Shown here: piece after piece, positions 58,851 to 64,000 of the stretch | Position numbering within the stretch: position 1 is the stretch's first letter | How the letters are laid out: each line of letters opens with the position of its first letter | Assembly: GCA_963666425.2 (NCBI GenBank) | Contig: OY762825.2 | Location: 1,664,001-1,728,000, forward strand | Source of the DNA: Bacillota bacterium | GTDB lineage: Bacteria > Bacillota > JAAYKD01 | Direction: 5' to 3' | Length of the DNA stretch: 64,000 nt | Program-made: the position numbers and the translations under genes | The notes under the pieces: model-generated | Databases searched by the model: none | What the model saw: the letters and a program-made list of their open reading frames with translations, nothing else | Told to the model about the DNA's origin: nothing

Positions 58851-61190
58851 ATGTATCAGGTAAAAAAGAGAGATGGTAAAATCACTGATTTCAGTATCAG
58901 CAAAATCTCAAATGCGATAACCAAAGCATTCGATGCGCAGAACAAACAATATAATTCTGATATTATCGATTTTCTTGCGCTTAAGGTGACATCGGATTAT
59001 CAGAATTCGATAATGAACGGACTCATCAGCGTCGAGAAAATTCAAGACAGTGTTGAACGAGTTTTAGTGCAGGCGGATTATGCGGATGTGGCGAAGGCGT
59101 ACATTTTATACCGCAAACAGCGTGAAAAAGTACGCAACACAAAAGCGACTCTTCTCGATTATAAGGATTTAGTCAATAGTTATGTCAACCTAGAGGACTG
59201 GCGTGTTAAGGAAAATTCTACCGTTACCTATTCCGTAGGCGGATTGATCTTGAGCAACTCCGGAGCGATTACAGCAAACTACTGGCTCTCGGAGGTCTAT
59301 GACGAGAATGTTGCTAACGCGCATAGAAATGCCGATCTGCATATCCACGACCTCTCCATGCTGACAGGTTACTGTGCAGGATGGTCCCTGAAGCAGCTTA
59401 CACTGGAAGGTTTGGGAGGCATTGAAGGCAAAATTACTTCTTCACCGGCAAGCCATCTATCCACTCTGTGCAATCAGATGGTTAATTTTCTTGGAATTAT
59501 GCAAAATGAATGGGCCGGCGCGCAGGCTTTTTCGTCCTTTGATACTTATCTCGCGCCTTTTGTAAAGGTTGATGCTTTAAGTTATAAGGAAGTGAAGCAG
59601 TGTATTCAGTCATTCATTTACGGCGTCAACACGCCGAGCCGTTGGGGTACACAGGCCCCGTTTACGAATGTAACGCTTGATTGGACTGTTCCGAATGATC
59701 TCGCGGAGCTTCCCGCCATCGTTGGCGGTAAAGAAATGGATTTTTGCTACAAAGAATGTAAAAATGAGATGGATATGATCAATAAAGCGTTTATTGATAT
59801 TATGATTGAAGGCGATGCCAATGGCAGAGGCTTCCAATATCCAATCCCGACTTATTCCATAACCAGAGATTTCGACTGGAGTGATACGGAGAATAACCGT
59901 TTGTTGTTTGAAATGACCTCAAAGTATGGCACACCCTATTTCTCCAATTATATAAATAGTGACATGCAGCCAAACGATGTTCGCAGCATGTGTTGTCGAC
60001 TGCGGCTTGACCTCCGGGAACTGCGCAAAAAAGGTGGCGGTTTTTTCGGCAGTGGTGAGAGTACAGGTTCTGTTGGGGTCGTCACGATCAATTTACCACG
60101 GATTGCCTATCAGGCTGCGAACGAAATTGATTTTTACAATCGACTAGACAAAATAATGGATCTTGCTGCTCGTTCATTGGATACCAAGCGTACCGTTATT
60201 ACAAAATTGATGAACGCCGGACTTTATCCTTATACGAAGCGGTATCTTGGTAGCTTTGATAATCATTTTTCTACCATCGGTCTGATCGGAATGAATGAAG
60301 CCGGTCTGAATGCGAATTGGCTCAGAACAGATTTAATGCATAAATCTACCCAACTGTTTGCGAAAAATGTGTTGAATCATATGCGGGAAAGGCTTGTAAA
60401 ATATCAGGAACAATATGGCGCGCTCTTTAACCTGGAAGCGACGCCTGCCGAATCCACAACTTATCGGCTCGCTAAGCATGATAGGAAGCAATATCCCAAG
60501 ATCATAACCGCAGCAGAACCAGGCGATCCTCCCTATTATACGAACAGCTCTCATCTTCCGGTCGGTGCTACGGAAGATCTGTTTGAAGCATTGGAATTGC
60601 AGGATGAATTACAGGTCCTGTATACATCCGGGACGGTATTCCATGCATTCCTGGGCGAAAAGCTACCCGACTGGCATTCGGCGGCTGCGCTTGTTCGCAA
60701 GATAGCTGAGCACAGCAAATTACCGTATTATACGGTATCGCCAACCTATTCCGTATGTAAAACGCACGGTTACATCAGCGGTGAGCACTTCAACTGTCCG
60801 GAATGCGGCATTGAAACCGAGGTTTATAGCCGCATAACGGGTTATTATCGTCCTGTTAAAAATTGGAATGAAGGAAAATCACAAGAGTATAAGGATCGTA
60901 AAGTATACAGTGCCGGGAAACCTGTTTTAGGACAGGCGAATCTAACACTGCCGCAGAAAGAGGAATTATTTCTATTTACAACTTCCACTTGCGTGAACTG
61001 CCAAATGGCTAAAAAAGTTTTGGCTGCTGCTAATATTACTTACAGTATGATGGATGCGAGTGAACATCAGGATTTGATTGAAAAATATAATGTCTTTCAA
61101 GCACCGACTCTTGTGGCCATTGCGGAGGGGAGTGTAGAAAATTTTTCCGGATTGGCCAGCATACAAGAGTACATTAAGAATCGAAGTTGA
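58851..61190 (+). CDS. nrdD: Class III ribonucleoside-triphosphate reductase with ATP cone and C-terminal glutaredoxin-like domain
   Basis: VKKRDG ATP cone, RSMCCRL, NLEATPAES, Zn ribbon, YSRITGYY glycyl loop and tail LFTTSTCVNC...APTL. Confidence 0.95.
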   Translation: MYQVKKRDGKITDFSISKISNAITKAFDAQNKQYNSDIIDFLALKVTSDYQNSIMNGLISVEKIQDSVERVLVQADYADVAKAYILYRKQREKVRNTKATLLDYKDLVNSYVNLEDWRVKENSTVTYSVGGLILSNSGAITANYWLSEVYDENVANAHRNADLHIHDLSMLTGYCAGWSLKQLTLEGLGGIEGKITSSPASHLSTLCNQMVNFLGIMQNEWAGAQAFSSFDTYLAPFVKVDALSYKEVKQCIQSFIYGVNTPSRWGTQAPFTNVTLDWTVPNDLAELPAIVGGKEMDFCYKECKNEMDMINKAFIDIMIEGDANGRGFQYPIPTYSITRDFDWSDTENNRLLFEMTSKYGTPYFSNYINSDMQPNDVRSMCCRLRLDLRELRKKGGGFFGSGESTGSVGVVTINLPRIAYQAANEIDFYNRLDKIMDLAARSLDTKRTVITKLMNAGLYPYTKRYLGSFDNHFSTIGLIGMNEAGLNANWLRTDLMHKSTQLFAKNVLNHMRERLVKYQEQYGALFNLEATPAESTTYRLAKHDRKQYPKIITAAEPGDPPYYTNSSHLPVGATEDLFEALELQDELQVLYTSGTVFHAFLGEKLPDWHSAAALVRKIAEHSKLPYYTVSPTYSVCKTHGYISGEHFNCPECGIETEVYSRITGYYRPVKNWNEGKSQEYKDRKVYSAGKPVLGQANLTLPQKEELFLFTTSTCVNCQMAKKVLAAANITYSMMDASEHQDLIEKYNVFQAPTLVAIAEGSVENFSGLASIQEYIKNRS

Positions 61191-61337
61191 TCAGCAGGTG
61201 CGTTTTGTGAGAGTATCTCTTGATTTTCCGGTAGATCAAACTGCAGGTTCAGAATAATTTATATCCATCTTCTCAGACGCGTAGGTGTTACTGCAATACA
61301 TGCCAGAAAACAAATTTAAGTATCTAAAAAATAAACA

Positions 61338-61393
61338 AACACCCCAATGGTCAGGCAGTAGGTTATACTGAATGATCAATGGGGTGTTGTTTT
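61338..61393. terminator. Terminator between nrdD and the convergent GNAT gene
   Basis: AACACCCCAATGGTCA...TGATCAATGGGGTGTT followed by GTTTT. Confidence 0.6.
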
Positions 61394-61559
61394 ATAAAGA
61401 AAATCTGAAGAATTGGAACCCGGAAATACACTGGCGAATTCCAAATGGATAAAGGCAGTCAAAGATTCAAAAAGCATTTCTCCCGGGGTTAAAAGCTTCT
61501 GCTCAGAAAAACATTGCTCGAAAAGCTGCTAAATTCACAGCAATAATAGCCAGGTTTGC

Positions 61560-62399
61560 CTAGGTGGATGTATTTTTAATTCCGTTTGGCATTTTAAAAA
61601 TAACGGAGGAAGGCAGCAATTTCTCTGCAAAACCGTATTCCCTTAAGGTTTGATTGATGATCAGAAGAATGCTCTCATCGATGCCTTCCCATCTTAGCAT
61701 TTCCCGTCCGCTGAAGCGATTCAGCCAGGCGAGTGTTGTAATCTGGCGTTCACGAAAAGCCTGGCCTGCTGCAGGGGTCAGCCTGTCCAGCAGCAGCGTG
61801 ATCGGAAGCATCTTGGCAGGTTCTTTGAAAGGGAAATCACGATTGAAGGCTTCGGCTTGCCCGGCGTCCAGCTGAAAAACCGGATCTTCGTAAAATGCGC
61901 CGGTGATCCCGTCCAGGGCACCTTCGTATAACGGCATCGCCATCAGTGCGTCAAAGTTTTTGCCGTTGGGTGTTGTTATTTGAAAGGCTTGCGCCGTCTG
62001 AAAACCAAAGCGCGGGTAATAGTCGGGATGTCCGTAAAAGAGGATGGCGCGGTAAGCCAAGCGCTTTGCTTTTGCTATGGTCTGCCGCATTAAAGCCGAG
62101 CCAATCCCGCAATGCCAATATTCCGGCAAGACGCTTAAGGGGCCAAAGGTCAAGACCTCGTGGTCGACACCCTGCGTATCGATTACTTTGGCTTTGGAAT
62201 ACATGATATTTCCGATTAGTTTACCATCTATTTCTGCAACATAATCCAGTTCTGCAACGAAGGCTGGAATTTTGCGTAAGAGATGGGCCAGATAATGTTC
62301 ATCACAGGTTGGATGTGAAAATCCCCAGAAAGCTTCCCGTGTCAGTTCTTCCACGGCGCGATAATCACCGGGAAATTCCAGCCGTAAGGTAAAATCCAT
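61560..62399 (-). CDS. GNAT N-acetyltransferase (YhbS-like) with C-terminal helical extension
   Basis: LTREAF, DEHYLAHLLR, FGPLSVLPEYWHCGIGSAL and GHPDYYPRFGF. Confidence 0.88.
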   Translation of the reverse strand: MDFTLRLEFPGDYRAVEELTREAFWGFSHPTCDEHYLAHLLRKIPAFVAELDYVAEIDGKLIGNIMYSKAKVIDTQGVDHEVLTFGPLSVLPEYWHCGIGSALMRQTIAKAKRLAYRAILFYGHPDYYPRFGFQTAQAFQITTPNGKNFDALMAMPLYEGALDGITGAFYEDPVFQLDAGQAEAFNRDFPFKEPAKMLPITLLLDRLTPAAGQAFRERQITTLAWLNRFSGREMLRWEGIDESILLIINQTLREYGFAEKLLPSSVIFKMPNGIKNTST

Positions 62400-62417
62400 G
62401 TTTCATTCTCCGTTCTG

Positions 62418-63695
62418 TCAGCGAGGAGCGTTTTTCACGGCTGCCTCGATCAGTTGTGTTGCCGCATCGCGGTTCAGCGGCGAGACTCGGCCGTGATATT
62501 GATAATAGATCAGCATCGACCAATATACTTCATAACCGCCTTTGTCAAATTCTTCTTCTGTTGGGAAATAGCCTGTGCAGCCGTTGGTATAACCACCCAG
62601 ATAGAACTGCTCATTTTTCAATTGATCTCGCGCACGCAGGGCAAAATCGCACATAATTTCATTGGCTACACCACAGAAACAGCCCTCATTGATGGAAAAA
62701 TACTGCAGTTCCACCTGGTCTGTTTGTTTTTCCACTTTATTTTCAATCAGTTGCTGCACTTCGCTGCGCCAAGCTGTACCGTCAATACCGGCTTCGCTTT
62801 TGGCTTCGGCAGCAATGGCCATGGCCCGCTGCATGGTTGGAACGTCGGCGTGCAGCTGCTGAAAAACCGAATACATCTTCAGCTCTTTGACAGCAGACGG
62901 CAGCAGTCCGGTCAGAACAGGTTCCACTTGCCGGGCAACCTCCCCGGCCATATCCGAGAGTGCCGCAGCGGATTCTATTTTGCCGTAATAAGCGGGGAGC
63001 GGGTTTGCTGCCGTTCCGACGCGGTCAGTCGTATAGTATTTGGGTGCGATGTCACCGGATGCTCCTTGCGTCAGCTGGATCGGGCAGCCGTATTTTTTTG
63101 TCAATAAATCTCTGACTGAGCCAAAATAGTCCGAGGAAATCAGGAAATTATCCGCTTTCAAGACATTGGCATGCGCCGTCAAGCGCAGCAGCAACAGCCG
63201 CAGCGCTCCGCTGACGGCATCGGCAACCTTGAGAATGCCGATCCGTCGATCCAAAACTTCCTGCTCCGGGCGCCGATTGACGCCGATCTCTCCGTAAGCG
63301 GTAGCCCAGGCGATTTTCACCGGTGACATCGCAGCAGCAGCATCCCGAACCGCCGCTTTGACTCGATCGTCAACCATATCGGAATAGGCAAGCTCGATGC
63401 TATCGTTGGGAGCTGAGTGCGTATGGGAAAAGCATAGCATTACTTTCTCTCTGGGGATGGATAATAGCAGACCAATTTCGTCTCTGAGCCGATTTGCATG
63501 CTGCTTGGCAAAACCGATATGATCAATCGTCACAAGACAGCATTTTTCGGCGGATAATTGCCAAACCGCAGCTTGCGCCGACAGGTTATCCAGAACACCG
63601 CGCGAGAATTCATCCACGCGGCCAAAACCAATCGTCTGCATCGGCGAGCTGGGTGTAATATCTACTTGGCAGAAGCCCATATCAGCAGTTTCCAT
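62418..63695 (-). CDS. Neutral/alkaline ceramidase-like hydrolase
   Basis: VDITP, SHTHSAP, AHANV, ISSDYFG, QGASGD and GYFPT...GGYE. Confidence 0.7.
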   Translation of the reverse strand: METADMGFCQVDITPSSPMQTIGFGRVDEFSRGVLDNLSAQAAVWQLSAEKCCLVTIDHIGFAKQHANRLRDEIGLLLSIPREKVMLCFSHTHSAPNDSIELAYSDMVDDRVKAAVRDAAAAMSPVKIAWATAYGEIGVNRRPEQEVLDRRIGILKVADAVSGALRLLLLRLTAHANVLKADNFLISSDYFGSVRDLLTKKYGCPIQLTQGASGDIAPKYYTTDRVGTAANPLPAYYGKIESAAALSDMAGEVARQVEPVLTGLLPSAVKELKMYSVFQQLHADVPTMQRAMAIAAEAKSEAGIDGTAWRSEVQQLIENKVEKQTDQVELQYFSINEGCFCGVANEIMCDFALRARDQLKNEQFYLGGYTNGCTGYFPTEEEFDKGGYEVYWSMLIYYQYHGRVSPLNRDAATQLIEAAVKNAPR

Positions 63696-63810
63696 TGTCA
63701 GTACCTCTCTATTCTGATGAAGGGAACCCTATCCCATCACTTGGTTTCTTTTGTTAAAACCATTCCCGACTATGATATCGCGATTTTCGGATTTATGCAA
63801 GACCCTGCTT

Positions 63811-64000
63811 TCAATCATCCTGTGCTTGCTTTGGTTTTGCTGGTTCTCTTGCATAAAAACGCTGATCCAGCCGTAAAATCAAAGCTAAGAGCAGCAGAGC
63901 ACCGCCGGTGACGATCATCAGAAAGCGCAGGGAAATATGATCTGCCAAAGGTCCGAAAAGCAACATGCCGATCGGCAGACAGCCGCTATAAACGGCACTG
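63811..64000 (-). CDS. MFS efflux transporter, Mef/DHA3-like (3' end only)
   Basis: Manual translation gives SAVYSGCLPIGMLLFGPLADHISLRFLMIVTGGALLLLALIL...QDD-stop; PIGMLLFGPLAD is typical of the last TM pair. Confidence 0.7.
   Translation of the reverse strand, partial: SAVYSGCLPIGMLLFGPLADHISLRFLMIVTGGALLLLALILRLDQRFYAREPAKPKQAQDD

Overview
Chromosomal replication-origin region of an anaerobic Bacillota (Firmicutes)-type bacterium, followed by about 47 kb of mostly accessory genes. The core is idi(partial)-rsmG-mnmG-mnmE-jag-yidC-yidD-rnpA-rpmH on the minus strand and dnaA-dnaN-yaaA-recF-remB-gyrB-gyrA on the plus strand. The origin layout is atypical. The dnaA-dnaN gap is only 39 bp and has no DnaA box, whereas a second DnaA-box cluster with a tandem-box/spacer/DnaA-trio unwinding signature lies between remB and gyrB. 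Downstream are an ABC exporter, a methyltransferase plus an AlkZ-like glycosylase, a BlaI/BlaR1-like pair with operators, ppa, a nitroreductase, tag, an MprF-like synthase and a 2-hydroxyacyl-CoA dehydratase pair. A ~9.9 kb island-like block (35.4-45.3 kb) is bounded by a duplicated 3' end of the dehydratase gene. It holds two AAA/DUF4143-type ATPase-nuclease genes (each preceded by 33-bp-period direct repeats; one carries an amber codon in Walker A), a duplicated Nudix gene and two serine hydrolases. Further right are a TetR/ADH/membrane-protein unit, a SauUSI-like PLD-helicase, a ZIP transporter, an Orp-like Fe-S ATPase operon, nrdG and a glutaredoxin-fused nrdD with NrdR boxes, a GNAT with an alphaCTD-like tail, a ceramidase-like gene and the 3' end of an MFS exporter. 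No rRNA, tRNA, CRISPR array, integrase or transposase was recognised. All family calls come from motif recognition by eye; no database search was run.
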